From: an uncultured Holophaga sp. | GTDB taxonomy: Bacteria; Acidobacteriota; Holophagae; Holophagales; Holophagaceae | DNA length: 64,000 nucleotides | Direction: 5' to 3' | Assembly: GCA_963664825.1 (NCBI GenBank) | Contig: OY761614.1 | Location: 1,344,001 to 1,408,000 of the forward strand | Part shown: in pieces, positions 18,794 through 28,698 of the stretch | How positions within the stretch are numbered: the first letter of the stretch is position 1 | Layout: each line of letters starts with the position of its first letter | Position numbers and translations under genes: made by a program | The notes under the pieces: model-generated | Database searches by the model: none | The model's input: only the letters and a program-made list of their open reading frames with translations | Told to the model about the DNA's origin: nothing

Positions 18794-20404
18794 ATGAGTC
18801 CGACCCTGATCCCCTGGTTCAAAAACCTGCCGCTGTGGGTCACCTTCATCCCGCTGCTGAGCGCGCTGTGCCTGCTCTTCGTGCCCAAGGAGAAGCGCCG
18901 GGTCTTCGAACTCGGCGCCCTGGGCATTACCATCCTGGACTTCGCCCTCAGCGTGCCCCTCTGGTTCCAATACGACCGGGCCAATTCCGCCGTCCAGTGG
19001 CCTACCGTGATGGACTGGATCCCCAGTCTCGGGGTGCAATTCAATATCGGCATGGACGGCATCAGCCTGGTGCTCTTCCTGCTGACCACCTTCATCGGCT
19101 TCATCGCCGTATGGTCCTCCTTTAGCGCCATCCAGGAACGCCACAAGGAGTATTACATCTGGCTGTTGGTCATGCAGACCTCCATGCTGGGCGTCTTCAT
19201 CTGCCAGGACATGTTCCTCTTCTACCTGTTCTGGGAACTGATGCTGGTGCCAATGTACTTCCTCATCGCCATCTGGGGCGGCCCCCAGAAGCTCTACGCG
19301 GCCATCAAGCTCTTCCTCTACACCCTGGCCGGCTCCGTGCTGATGCTGGTGGGCATCCTGGCCATCTACTTCCTGCAGAAGAAGGCCGGGCTCACCCCCA
19401 GCTTCTCCATCGCCTCCTTCCAGGCCATGGCGCCCGTCATCGCCCAGCAGACCAAGAGCTTCCAGATCCTCTTGGCCCTGGCTCTGTTCGTGGGCTTCGC
19501 CATCAAGGTGCCCATGTTCCCCTTCCATACCTGGCTCCCGGACGCCCATGTGCAGGCGCCCACGGCCGGTTCGGTGATCCTGGCCGGTATTCTCCTGAAG
19601 ATGGGCACCTACGGCTTCGTGCGTTTCCTGCTGCCCATCCTGCCGGACGCCACCCGCATCCTGATGCCCTATCTGCTGACCCTCACCCTCATCGGCATCA
19701 TCTACGGCGCCCTGGTGGCCATGGTCCAGAAGGACATGAAGAAGCTCGTGGCCTACAGCTCCGTGAGCCATCTGGGCCTCTGCATGCTGGGCATCTTCGC
19801 CATGAATCCCAACGGGATCATGGGCGGCATGTTCCAGATGATCAATCACGGCATCTCCACTTCCGCGCTCTTCCTCATCGTCGGCATCGTCTACGAGCGC
19901 CGCCATACGCGCCTGATCGCCGACTTCGGCGGCCTGTCCAAGACCATGCCCGTCTACGCCACGATCTTCATGATCATGACCATGAGCTCCATCGGCCTGC
20001 CGGGCCTCAATGGCTTCATCGGCGAGGCCGCCATCCTCATGGGGGCCTTCCAGGTCCATCCCTGGTGGGCCGTGGCGGCCTGCAGCAGCCTGATCCTGGG
20101 TGCGGCCTACATGCTCTGGCTCTACCAGCGCGTCATGTTTGGGCCCATCAACCCAACTAATGAGCAGATGCCCGATCTCAAGGCCCGGGAGATCGCCTAC
20201 TTCGTGCCCCTGGTGGTGGCCGCCTTCTGGATTGGCCTCAATCCCACCCCCCTCATGAAGGTGCTCGACAAGCCCGTGGAGAAGCTCGTGCGCCAAGTGG
20301 ACCCCACCTACTACGAGGCCCAGGATCTGAGGGCTCGCCAGAAGGCCGCCGCCCGAATCGGCATGGCGGGCATGCCGGCTGAAGCAGCCCACGGAGGTCA
20401 CTGA
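18794..20404 (+). CDS. nuoM: NADH-quinone oxidoreductase subunit M
   Basis: FAIKVPMFPFHTWLPDAHVQAPT, LLKMGTYG, KKLVAYSSVSH. Confidence 0.97.
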   Translation: MSPTLIPWFKNLPLWVTFIPLLSALCLLFVPKEKRRVFELGALGITILDFALSVPLWFQYDRANSAVQWPTVMDWIPSLGVQFNIGMDGISLVLFLLTTFIGFIAVWSSFSAIQERHKEYYIWLLVMQTSMLGVFICQDMFLFYLFWELMLVPMYFLIAIWGGPQKLYAAIKLFLYTLAGSVLMLVGILAIYFLQKKAGLTPSFSIASFQAMAPVIAQQTKSFQILLALALFVGFAIKVPMFPFHTWLPDAHVQAPTAGSVILAGILLKMGTYGFVRFLLPILPDATRILMPYLLTLTLIGIIYGALVAMVQKDMKKLVAYSSVSHLGLCMLGIFAMNPNGIMGGMFQMINHGISTSALFLIVGIVYERRHTRLIADFGGLSKTMPVYATIFMIMTMSSIGLPGLNGFIGEAAILMGAFQVHPWWAVAACSSLILGAAYMLWLYQRVMFGPINPTNEQMPDLKAREIAYFVPLVVAAFWIGLNPTPLMKVLDKPVEKLVRQVDPTYYEAQDLRARQKAAARIGMAGMPAEAAHGGH

Positions 20405-21873
20405 TGCCCTTCGCCCAGAGCCTGCTGGAATCCCTCACTCGGGATCTCCCCTTCCTGTATGGGCCCCTCTTCCTGGTCCTGGCCGCCACGCTCATGCTCT
20501 GGCCCGGCGATCTTCTGGTCGGCAAGGACAATAAGCGCGTCTGGTCCGTGGTGGCCTTCCTGGTGCTGGTCTCCGGTGGCACGCTGGCCCTCCTGGCCCC
20601 TACGGGCACAGGGTTTGCCGGCATGTTCAAGGTGGATGGCCTCACCAAGGGCTTCCAGTTCCTCTGCGTGCTGGGGGGCCTCATCACGATCCTCCTGAGC
20701 CAACCCCAGCTCAACGCGCTTCGGGAGCAGACGGTCGAATACTACGCCCTGATCCTCTTCTCCATCAGCGGCATGATGCTGCTGGTGGGTGCGGCCGACC
20801 TGGTGTCGGTCTACTTCAGTCTCGAACTGATGGCCCTCTGCATCTACATCCTGGTGGCCTACCTGCGCACCCACGAACGCAGCATCGAAGCCGGCCTGAA
20901 GTACTTCCTGCTGGGGGCCTTCTCCAGCGGCATCCTCCTCTACGGCATCAGCCTCCTCTTCGGCGCCGCCGGTGGCACCACCACCAATCTGGCCGAGCTC
21001 AACGACAAGCTGGCCCTTGTGAGCCCCAATGGCAGCCTGATGGTCTTTGCGGGTGCCCTGATGGTGCTGGTGGGATTCGCCTTCAAGGTGGCCGCCGTGC
21101 CCTTCCACATGTGGAGCCCGGACGCCTACGAGGGCGCTCCCACCCCCATCACGGCCTTCATGTCCATGGCTCCCAAGGCCGCGGCCCTGGGCGCTTTCCT
21201 GCGCGTCTTCGGCACGGGCCTCCGGGGAGTATCGACGGAATGGGTCCTGCCCCTCTCCTTCATCGCCGGGGCCAGCATGATCCTGGGCAATGTGGCGGCC
21301 CTGCGCCAGCAGAGCTTGAAGCGCCTCCTGGCCTACAGCTCCATCGCCCACGTGGGCTACATGCTCCTGGGCGTGCTCAGCGGCGATGTGCAGGCCGGGG
21401 CCCAGGCCATCTGGCTCTACATGTTCACCTACCTGCTCATGCAGAGCGGCGCCTTCGCCGTGATCATCTACCTCCAGGGCAAGGGCGAAGGAGAGCGCAT
21501 CGACGATCTCCGGGGCCTCGCCAAGCGCCAGCCGGTGCTGGCCTTCGCCATGATGGTCTTCATGCTGAGCCTGGCGGGCATCCCGCCCCTGCTAGGATTC
21601 TTCAGCAAGTTCTACCTCTTCAAGCTGGCCATCGAGCAGGGCTATGTGACCCTCACGGTGCTTGCCCTCCTCACCAGCGCCATCGGCGCCTGGTACTACC
21701 TGAACGTCGTGGCCACGATGTATTTCAAGGAACCCGCTGAAGCCAAGGCTGATGCGAGACCCCTGAGCAAGACCTTCACCTTCATTCTCACCGTCTCTTG
21801 CGCCCTGATCCTGGTGGGTTCTCTCTTCGGGCGCCACCTCCTGGACTGGACGGCCAGGATCGTGCTGGGCTGA
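20404..21873 (+). CDS. nuoN: NADH-quinone oxidoreductase subunit N
   Basis: EAGLKYFLLG, FKVAAVPFHMWSPDAYEGAPTP, KRLLAYSSIAH, SLAGIPP. Confidence 0.97.
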   Translation: MPFAQSLLESLTRDLPFLYGPLFLVLAATLMLWPGDLLVGKDNKRVWSVVAFLVLVSGGTLALLAPTGTGFAGMFKVDGLTKGFQFLCVLGGLITILLSQPQLNALREQTVEYYALILFSISGMMLLVGAADLVSVYFSLELMALCIYILVAYLRTHERSIEAGLKYFLLGAFSSGILLYGISLLFGAAGGTTTNLAELNDKLALVSPNGSLMVFAGALMVLVGFAFKVAAVPFHMWSPDAYEGAPTPITAFMSMAPKAAALGAFLRVFGTGLRGVSTEWVLPLSFIAGASMILGNVAALRQQSLKRLLAYSSIAHVGYMLLGVLSGDVQAGAQAIWLYMFTYLLMQSGAFAVIIYLQGKGEGERIDDLRGLAKRQPVLAFAMMVFMLSLAGIPPLLGFFSKFYLFKLAIEQGYVTLTVLALLTSAIGAWYYLNVVATMYFKEPAEAKADARPLSKTFTFILTVSCALILVGSLFGRHLLDWTARIVLG

Positions 21874-21890
21874 GCCCGATTTTCAAGAAG

Positions 21891-22007
21891 ATGAACCACA
21901 GAGAGCGCAGAGGAAAGGGCTGAGAGCACAGAGAAAAAAACAAAGAGGATAAAATCAGTTTTCCTCTCTGCCCTCTCTTTTATTTTTCTGCGCTCTCTGT
22001 GGTTCAT
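21891..22007. repeat. 117 bp palindromic element (REP/MITE-like), same family as 4449..4561
   Basis: Perfect 21 bp terminal IR atgaaccacagagagcgcaga (21891-21911) / tctgcgctctctgtggttcat (21987-22007); purine-rich left half, pyrimidine-rich right half. Confidence 0.88.
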
Positions 22008-22022
22008 TTTTCAGGACGCTGA

Positions 22023-22316
22023 ATGATCTTTCGCCCCAAACCCAGCCAGGATGCCGACCCCCAGGAGCGGGCCCTCTGGGGGGAGCTGACCTCCCTGGGC
22101 ATGGTCTTTCCCATCGCCATCATGCTGGGCTTCTTCCTGGGGCGATGGATCGGGCGGGCCTGGGGGCATCCCCAAGGGGGCCAGTGGGTCGGAATGGCCC
22201 TGGGCATCGCCACCGGCTTCTGGGAGCTCTACAAGGTCACCAAGCATCTGGAGAGCCTGGATCCGCCCCCTCCCGGAGAGACACCCCCGAAGGACCCCCA
22301 TGATCCCCGAGACTGA
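22023..22316 (+). CDS. AtpZ/AtpI-family small membrane protein
   Basis: Two TM segments with LGFFLGRWIG motif; first gene of the Fo cluster. Confidence 0.8.
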   Translation: MIFRPKPSQDADPQERALWGELTSLGMVFPIAIMLGFFLGRWIGRAWGHPQGGQWVGMALGIATGFWELYKVTKHLESLDPPPPGETPPKDPHDPRD

Positions 22317-22695
22317 GGATCCCGGTACCCACCATCTGGTCTGGATCGGACGTTTCATGCTGATCCTGTGGCCCCTGGGCGCCCTGGCGTGGCTCCTGCG
22401 CTCGAGATGGGCGGCCTTGGCCTTTGCCGTGGGAGCCTCTAGCAGCCTCGTCTTCTGGTCCCTCCACCGTTGGACCGTACGACGTATGCTCACGCCCTCC
22501 GTGCGTCGACGCTGGTTCTTTGCCTTGCTGGGAATCCTCAAGCTGGCGTTGATCGTCCTGGTTCTGCGTGGGATGATGGCTTGCCTCCCTCGGGAGGCTC
22601 TCCCCCTGGCGACCGGCATCCTGCTCTTCGTCGGAGCCATCCTGCTGGAGGCCTTGCGCCTCATTCTGCGGCCGGAAGCCGGAGCCCGAGATTGA
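22300..22695 (+). CDS. atpI: ATP synthase subunit I-like membrane protein
   Basis: Four hydrophobic segments, 131 aa, immediately upstream of atpB. Confidence 0.7.
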   Translation: MIPETEDPGTHHLVWIGRFMLILWPLGALAWLLRSRWAALAFAVGASSSLVFWSLHRWTVRRMLTPSVRRRWFFALLGILKLALIVLVLRGMMACLPREALPLATGILLFVGAILLEALRLILRPEAGARD

Positions 22696-22716
22696 ACGCG
22701 TCGGAAAGGAAGAACG

Positions 22717-23457
22717 ATGGAACACCATGCGTCGTACCTCGCCACTCTCCTGACGAATCTCCTGGTCTACCTGGGCGTCTTGACCCGGCATCCCTGGGGC
22801 ACCTTCGCCCACGGCCAGGCCCTGTCCCTCCTGGAGCGCTACGACCATCTCTTCGCGGCCGTGCTGGCCACCCTGGTGATCATGGGCCTGGTGCTCGCCA
22901 CCCGGATCAAGCTCTCCCGCATTCCCGGCCCCTTCCAGCAGACCATGGAATTCCTCGTCACCTTCGTGCGGAACCTGGTGGGCGATAATGTGGCCCACCA
23001 TCCCGAAACCTATGTCCCGCTGATCGGGACCCTGGGCCTCTTCATCGTGCTGAACAATCTCTTCGGCATCGCCCCAGGCCTGCCCAGCGGCACGGGCAAC
23101 TGGAACGTGACTCTGGGTTGCGCGCTGCTGGTCTTTTTCTACTACAACTTCCACGGCATGAAGTCCCAGGGATTCTGGAAATACCTGGGGCACTTCGCGG
23201 GCCCCGTTTGGTTCCTCTGGTGGCTGATGTGGCCGCTGGAGATCCTGGGCCTGCTCTCCCGCATCCTGAGCCACTCCCTGCGCCTCTTCGGCAATATCGC
23301 CGGCGAACACGTGGTCTCGCTCATCTTCTTCAGCCTCGTGCCCCTGCTGGTGCCCATCCCGCTGATGGTCATGGGCCTCTTCTTCGGCCTGATCCAGGCC
23401 TTCGTGTTCATCATGCTGGCCACTATCTACGTCTCAGGCGCCGTATCACACGATTGA
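22717..23457 (+). CDS. atpB: F0F1 ATP synthase subunit a
   Basis: [27 protein letters not shown]. Confidence 0.97.
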   Translation: MEHHASYLATLLTNLLVYLGVLTRHPWGTFAHGQALSLLERYDHLFAAVLATLVIMGLVLATRIKLSRIPGPFQQTMEFLVTFVRNLVGDNVAHHPETYVPLIGTLGLFIVLNNLFGIAPGLPSGTGNWNVTLGCALLVFFYYNFHGMKSQGFWKYLGHFAGPVWFLWWLMWPLEILGLLSRILSHSLRLFGNIAGEHVVSLIFFSLVPLLVPIPLMVMGLFFGLIQAFVFIMLATIYVSGAVSHD

Positions 23458-23516
23458 CCCGCTCCCACTCCGGCATCGGGATTCCGAACCCCAATGCCCT
23501 TTTTCCGAGGTGTCCC

Positions 23517-23816
23517 ATGAAGAAGTTCCTCACCACCGCCTTCCTCTTCACCCTGGCCGTGGCCGCCTTCGCCCAGGTGCCCACCGGCGCCCCCGCCAAG
23601 AGCCTCTTCGAAGGCCAGTTCCTGGCTCATATCTCCCTCGCCATCGCCGCCGCCGGCTGCGGTCTGGCCCAGGGCAAGGCCGTCGTGGCTGCCTGCGAAG
23701 GCATCGCCCGCAATCCCCAGGCTGCCGGCAATATCCGCACCACCATGATCATCGGCCTGGCCCTCATCGAGGCCCTGGTGATCTATGTGCTCGTCGCCGC
23801 CTTCGCGGTGAAGTAG
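23517..23816 (+). CDS. atpE: F0F1 ATP synthase subunit c with N-terminal leader
   Basis: GIARNP loop, IGLALIEAL carboxylate helix. Confidence 0.95.
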   Translation: MKKFLTTAFLFTLAVAAFAQVPTGAPAKSLFEGQFLAHISLAIAAAGCGLAQGKAVVAACEGIARNPQAAGNIRTTMIIGLALIEALVIYVLVAAFAVK

Positions 23817-23831
23817 GCCTGAAGCTTCCTG

Positions 23832-23866
23832 AAGCGGGGCGTTCCATAGCGGCGCCCCGCTTTTTG
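23832..23866 (+). terminator. Rho-independent terminator after atpE
   Basis: aagcggggcg...cgccccgctt stem followed by T run. Confidence 0.8.
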
Positions 23867-23899
23867 ATTTCCGCAGTCCCGCCCAAAGCCCTGAGGTCC

Positions 23900-25075
23900 A
23901 TGTTGAAGCCCCACCTGTTCCCGCTGCCTTCGGATATCACCCGCGTGATTCTGGGCGGCGTTCCATCCGTGGACCAGAAGGGGATGTCCCTGCCCACCCT
24001 TGAGATGGCCAGGGATTTCGCCCTCGGGTACGGCTATGACATGGATATCCCCCACCACCGGGATCATCTGGTGGAGGTCTTCGAGGATGCCCTGGCCTTC
24101 CTGGAGGAAGTGATCCTCGAGGGCACGGGCATGGATATTCCGCCGGAATTCTTCGAACTGCAGGATCCCCTGGAACTGCTGGTCTGGGCCTCCGTGCGCC
24201 CCCAGGACCAGCGAGCCCGCTGGGCCTGCGCGCTCCTGCGGGTGATGCACACCCTCTTCCACGTGGACAATAACGTCTACTTGCGGTTCCTCCCCGATAT
24301 CCAGCAGCAGATCTTCGACCGCTACGAGCGTTTCCTGGTGCCCACCCCCAACGGCGGATGGCTGCTCAAGGGGCGCTACGAAGTGCCCCTGCTGGCCATC
24401 AAGCGCAAGGAGAGCAAGGATCGCGTCTCCATGCTCCTCAAGCTGCTCCACAAGCCCGAGAACGTGGCAGAACCCATTTACGACCAGGTGGGCCTGCGCT
24501 TCATCGCTGAGGACCTCCTGGGCGTGTTGCTGGTGATCCGCTTCCTCCTGGATCACCACATCCTCATGGCCAACCACATCAAACCCAGCCGGACCCGGAA
24601 CCTGATGGTGAATCTGGAGGAGCTGGAACGCTGGATGGCCTCGCTGCCGGAGGGTTTCTCCCTGGATAGCCTCAGCGCCGAGGAACGGGCCCGCATCTCC
24701 GAGAGCCTCACCCTCTCTAGCGGAAGGGCGGAAGTCAACCCTTTTTCAAGCAGCAGCTATTCCGCCGTCCAGTTCACCGCCCGCACCCTCATCCGCCTGC
24801 CCAACCCAGCAGCGGCGGTCCTTGAGAAGGTCCAGGCCCGCTTCCAGCAGGTGGGTCGGCCAGAAATCGGCGATCTATTGCACATTCCGGAGTTGATCCA
24901 GGAGCAGGACGAGTTTACCTTTTTCTTTGCACACGAAGTCCAAGTCATGGAAAGATCCGGGTTCGAAAGTATCGTCTCAGGTCCGGCCTCGCATTCGGAG
25001 TACAAACTCCGGCAGCGAGATGCAGTCAGGAGACGTGTTCTGCAAGGCATTGCGCCGCAGGAGGGCTCATGTTGA
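23900..25075 (+). CDS. TIGR04552/TIGR04562-like conserved protein with RelA/SpoT-type nucleotidyltransferase motifs
   Basis: KESKDRVSMLLKLLHK, IYDQVGLRF, NPFS...YSAVQFT, HEVQV, ASHSEYKLRQ; family recognised from memory, not searched. Confidence 0.75.
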   Translation: MLKPHLFPLPSDITRVILGGVPSVDQKGMSLPTLEMARDFALGYGYDMDIPHHRDHLVEVFEDALAFLEEVILEGTGMDIPPEFFELQDPLELLVWASVRPQDQRARWACALLRVMHTLFHVDNNVYLRFLPDIQQQIFDRYERFLVPTPNGGWLLKGRYEVPLLAIKRKESKDRVSMLLKLLHKPENVAEPIYDQVGLRFIAEDLLGVLLVIRFLLDHHILMANHIKPSRTRNLMVNLEELERWMASLPEGFSLDSLSAEERARISESLTLSSGRAEVNPFSSSSYSAVQFTARTLIRLPNPAAAVLEKVQARFQQVGRPEIGDLLHIPELIQEQDEFTFFFAHEVQVMERSGFESIVSGPASHSEYKLRQRDAVRRRVLQGIAPQEGSC

Positions 25076-25407
25076 ACATCCAGACACGCCAGGAAGCCAA
25101 TGCTTCTGTGGTGACCATCCAAGGGAAGGTCAACTTCGAGGTGACGGCCCAATTGCGCGACGTGATCCGGGATACCGTCACCACGCATCAGCCCAAGCTC
25201 CTGGTGATCAACCTCGAAGGCGTGAGCTTCATCGATTCCTCGGGCCTCGGGCTCCTGGTGGCCGCACGCAATAGTGTCGACAAGAATAACGGGAAGCTGC
25301 ACCTCTGCGGCCTGCCTGCCCAGGTGAAGAAGACCTTCGATCAGACGAATCTGACGAACTACTTCTCCATCTTCGCCACCGAGCAGGACGCGCTGCGTGG
25401 GGCCTGA
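25069..25407 (+). CDS. STAS-domain anti-sigma factor antagonist (RsbV/SpoIIAA-like)
   Basis: NLEGVSFIDSSGLGLLV phosphoacceptor motif; overlaps upstream stop. Confidence 0.93.
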   Translation: MLNIQTRQEANASVVTIQGKVNFEVTAQLRDVIRDTVTTHQPKLLVINLEGVSFIDSSGLGLLVAARNSVDKNNGKLHLCGLPAQVKKTFDQTNLTNYFSIFATEQDALRGA

Positions 25408-25542
25408 TCTGGTCTAGGGGAGACCACCCAGGGTGGCCTGCTGTTCTCTGTGATCGCGATATCCCTCCTTTGACTCCACGTGGTGTCCTGGCATCGCCCG
25501 GGCACCGCGTTTTTTTGGTACGATTTCCACCCCGGAGTCGAC

Positions 25543-26722
25543 ATGAATAACGGCGTTGTTCTGGTCGTCGATGACGAGGTCCAGATCCGGGATATCCTCA
25601 GCTTCTACCTCAAACGGGCGGGCTACCAAGTGCTCGTGGCGGAGAACGGCGCCAAGGCCCTGGAGGTCATGGAAAAGATCCATGTCCTCGCGGCCACCCG
25701 ATCTCATCCTTTCCGATCTGCGGATGCCGGAGATGGCCGGAGATGAGTTCTGCCGCATCATCAAAGGGACCGCGGAAACCCGCGATATCTACTTCGTGCT
25801 GGTCTCGGCCATGGACGGCACGGCCTCCAAGATCGGCGGCCTGAATCTGGGCGCCGACGACATGATCGCCAAACCCTTCCACGCCCAGGAAGTGATGGCC
25901 AAGGTCGAGAGCGCCTTCCGCATCATCGAGATGCAGAAGGAGATCAAGCGGCAGAACCAGCAGCTCACCCGCTTCCAGGACCGGATGACCAGCGAACTGG
26001 CCCTCGCCGCACGACTTCAATTCGGCCTCCTGCCTCCGCTTCCGGGCACCGCGCCCAGTTTCAGCTACACCCACCGCTACCTACCAGCCGAAGGCATCGG
26101 CGGCGATATCTACACCATCCTGCCCATGGCCGGGGGCTGCCTGGCCCTGATGATCGCGGACGTGAGTGGACACGGCGTGACTGCCGCCTTGATCTCGGCC
26201 ATGGTCAAGACCTCCTTCGAGAGCCAGGTCCGCCTGGGGGGAAGCCCCCTTGCCTGGGCCCAGGGCATGAACCGGGATCTCGCCCACAACACCCTGGCCG
26301 AACAGTTCGCAACGGCCTTCCTGGCCCGCTTCGACCCGGCCCAAAACACGATGCGCTACGTGGCCGCAGGCCACGACGCGCCCTTCCGCATCCCCAACGG
26401 TGCCAAGGGCGGCCTCCACCATCCCCAGGTGCTGAGTGGGCACGGATTCATGCTGGGCATCCAGGAGGACCTCCCCTTCGAGGAGAAGGAGTCGCCCTTC
26501 GAGATCGGCGATCGTCTCGTGCTCTTCACCGATGGCCTAGTGGAAGTGGAACGGGAGGACCGCCAGCTTCTGGGCGAAGAGGGCCTCCTCCGCTTCTGCG
26601 CCGAACTGCCCGCCAACGAGGACGAGGCCGCCGATCATCTGGTGGCCAAGGCCAAGGCCTTCAATGATCCGGCCCCCTTCGTGGACGATGTGACGCTGGT
26701 GATCCTGGACCGCACCCGATAG
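25543..26722 (+). pseudogene. Receiver domain + SpoIIE/RsbU PP2C phosphatase, split by a +1 frameshift near 25675-25700
   Basis: One frame gives MNNGVVLVVDDEVQIRDIL...ALEVMEK; the next frame continues PPDLILSDLRMPEMAG...GGDIY...IADVSGHG...LFTDGL...DDVT. Confidence 0.8.
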
Positions 26723-26735
26723 GGAAGCGATCGCC

Positions 26736-27689
26736 TTAGCCCAGGGCCTCCTCGGCGCCGGATCTGGATTTCAACCACCGGGGACCGATTTCGGCCAACA
26801 ACATGGCGCTGAAGAGCAGGGCACCCCCCACCAACTGAAGGGCTCCCAGGCGCTCATGGATGCCGGGAACCCAGCCCGACATCGCCAGGAGCGCGGTGTA
26901 GACGGGCTCCATGGAACAGATGATCGCGGTCTCCGTGGCCCCCAGATAAGCCTGGAAGGTGGACATGCCCCAGAAGGCCAGGGCCGTGGCCAGGAAACCC
27001 TGGTAGGCCAGGGCGATCCACACACCCGGATCCGAGAGGGGCTGGAGGATGCCCTGGAATCCCAAGGGGGCCGGGAGGAAGGCTGTAATGGTCAATGAGA
27101 TGATGGCCACCACGGCCACCTGGGTGGTGGCCAAGACCCATCCGCTGGAACGCCTGGCATAGCGCCCCGTCAGCACGATATGGAAACCGCAGGCCACCGC
27201 GCAGAGCAGCGTCTCCGAATCCCCCAGGGTCCATCCGCCCAGGCGCACGCCGGGTTCATGGACCAGCAGGTAGAGCCCCGCCGCAGCCACCAGAGCCCCG
27301 AGTCCGTGGGAACGCTTGAGGCGATTCCCGAACAGGAGGCTCACCACCGGCGTGAAGAGCACGTAAAGGCCCGTAATGAAGCCACTCTTGGAGGTGGTAG
27401 TAAAGCGCAGCCCATCGGCTTGCAGCCAGAAGACTGCCGTGAGCCAGAGCCCCAGGATGGCGCCATCCCGCACGGCCTGGCGCGGAAAGGGAATCCGGAA
27501 GGCCCGGGCCAGAATCCCCAGGGTCAAGGCCCCCAGGATGAAGCGGAGGGTGAGCATGGCCCCCACGCTCAAGCTCGAATTGAGGGTGAACTTCATGGCC
27601 GCGAAGCTGCCCCCCCACACCAGGGCGAAGGCCGACATGGCGAGGACGGCGGCCAGATGCTTGGCCGGATCGGGCTTAGGAAGGGACAC
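26736..27689 (-). CDS. DMT/EamA-family transporter
   Basis: VWGGSF, LRF, GLRFTTTSKSGFITGL, MEPVY; about ten TM segments. Confidence 0.92.
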   Translation of the reverse strand: MSLPKPDPAKHLAAVLAMSAFALVWGGSFAAMKFTLNSSLSVGAMLTLRFILGALTLGILARAFRIPFPRQAVRDGAILGLWLTAVFWLQADGLRFTTTSKSGFITGLYVLFTPVVSLLFGNRLKRSHGLGALVAAAGLYLLVHEPGVRLGGWTLGDSETLLCAVACGFHIVLTGRYARRSSGWVLATTQVAVVAIISLTITAFLPAPLGFQGILQPLSDPGVWIALAYQGFLATALAFWGMSTFQAYLGATETAIICSMEPVYTALLAMSGWVPGIHERLGALQLVGGALLFSAMLLAEIGPRWLKSRSGAEEALG

Positions 27690-27700
27690 GGGATATTCGA

Positions 27701-28669
27701 CTAGCGGAGCACGGCTGAAACGCGGATCTCCATCTCGGGCTGTTCAGGATCATCCAGGCGCAGGATCACGCGCTCGTTGTAGTTGCCTGCCCGGGCCTGG
27801 GCTCCCAGGGTGATGGTCAGCTCCTGCTGGAGGGCAGCGGCCTTCCCGACCCCCTCCACGCGAAGCAGGGGATGGGTGGGCTTGGCGGAAAGCACACGGA
27901 AGGGCCTCCCGTCCGTGTGCTTGAGGGTGAGGGTGGCGCGGAGTTCCTTCCCGGCCTTCTCCACCCAGGCCACCCGGGCGGGCGTGGCCGTGACGGAGGG
28001 ACGCAGGGCCCACTGCACATTGACGGGGATGATGGGCATCCGCTCGCTGCGGGTCCGGATGCTGAGCACATCGACCCCACTGGCGTGATTGGCGGGCACC
28101 TTGTGGCCATCCAGCAGGACCTCCACCACCACATCCTTGCCTTCGCTGTGGAAGGAAGCACTCAGATAGGGCGCGCCAGGAGCCTTGGCATCGATGACAT
28201 GCACAGGCTGGCCGTTCCCGGAGGCGAGCCGCAGGGTCGCCCTCCGGGGGGCGCTGCGCAGCACTTCGTCGAAGAACAAGGCCGTGGTGCTGGGCATGAT
28301 CTCCTGGATCACCTCGGCCTCGAAGGAGAGCGTGATCGAAGGACTGACGGGGTCATCGGAGAGGACCTGCATCGACTTGCGCACCATCCCCCGCATCCCG
28401 GCGGGGTTGAAGGTGGCCTCGATCTCCGTGGATTCCCCCGCCTTCAGGTACCACTGGCCCACCAGGGTATAGGTGCATCCGCAGGAGGGCACGACCTGTT
28501 TGATCTGGATGGGCGCCGTGCCGGTATTGGTGGCCTTGAAGCGGTACGACACTTTGCGGTCCGCCGAGATCCGACCGAAGTCGTGGTGCAGCTTGGCGAA
28601 CTTGAGCACGGGCTGCTGGGCCTGGGCCATACACACACAACAGAGGGCAAAGGGGACGATTCGACGCAT
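27701..28669 (-). CDS. Exported DUF1573/Ig-like domain protein
   Basis: Signal peptide; HDFGRI...FKATNTGTAPIQIKQVVPSCGCT. Confidence 0.85.
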   Translation of the reverse strand: MRRIVPFALCCVCMAQAQQPVLKFAKLHHDFGRISADRKVSYRFKATNTGTAPIQIKQVVPSCGCTYTLVGQWYLKAGESTEIEATFNPAGMRGMVRKSMQVLSDDPVSPSITLSFEAEVIQEIMPSTTALFFDEVLRSAPRRATLRLASGNGQPVHVIDAKAPGAPYLSASFHSEGKDVVVEVLLDGHKVPANHASGVDVLSIRTRSERMPIIPVNVQWALRPSVTATPARVAWVEKAGKELRATLTLKHTDGRPFRVLSAKPTHPLLRVEGVGKAAALQQELTITLGAQARAGNYNERVILRLDDPEQPEMEIRVSAVLR

Positions 28670-28698
28670 GGCAACCTCGCCTTCAATTCTAGAGGAAG

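Noticed and set aside
23517..23816. Na+-translocating ATP synthase
   Set aside because: The Glu is followed by Ala-Leu, not Ser/Thr.
23510..23899. N-terminal extension of the TIGR04552-like ORF
   Set aside because: Overlaps atpE in another frame and crosses its terminator.
25660..25700. Programmed ribosomal frameshift in the REC-PP2C gene
   Set aside because: The shift needed is +1; no X XXY YYZ heptamer or prfB-like CTT TGA site is present.
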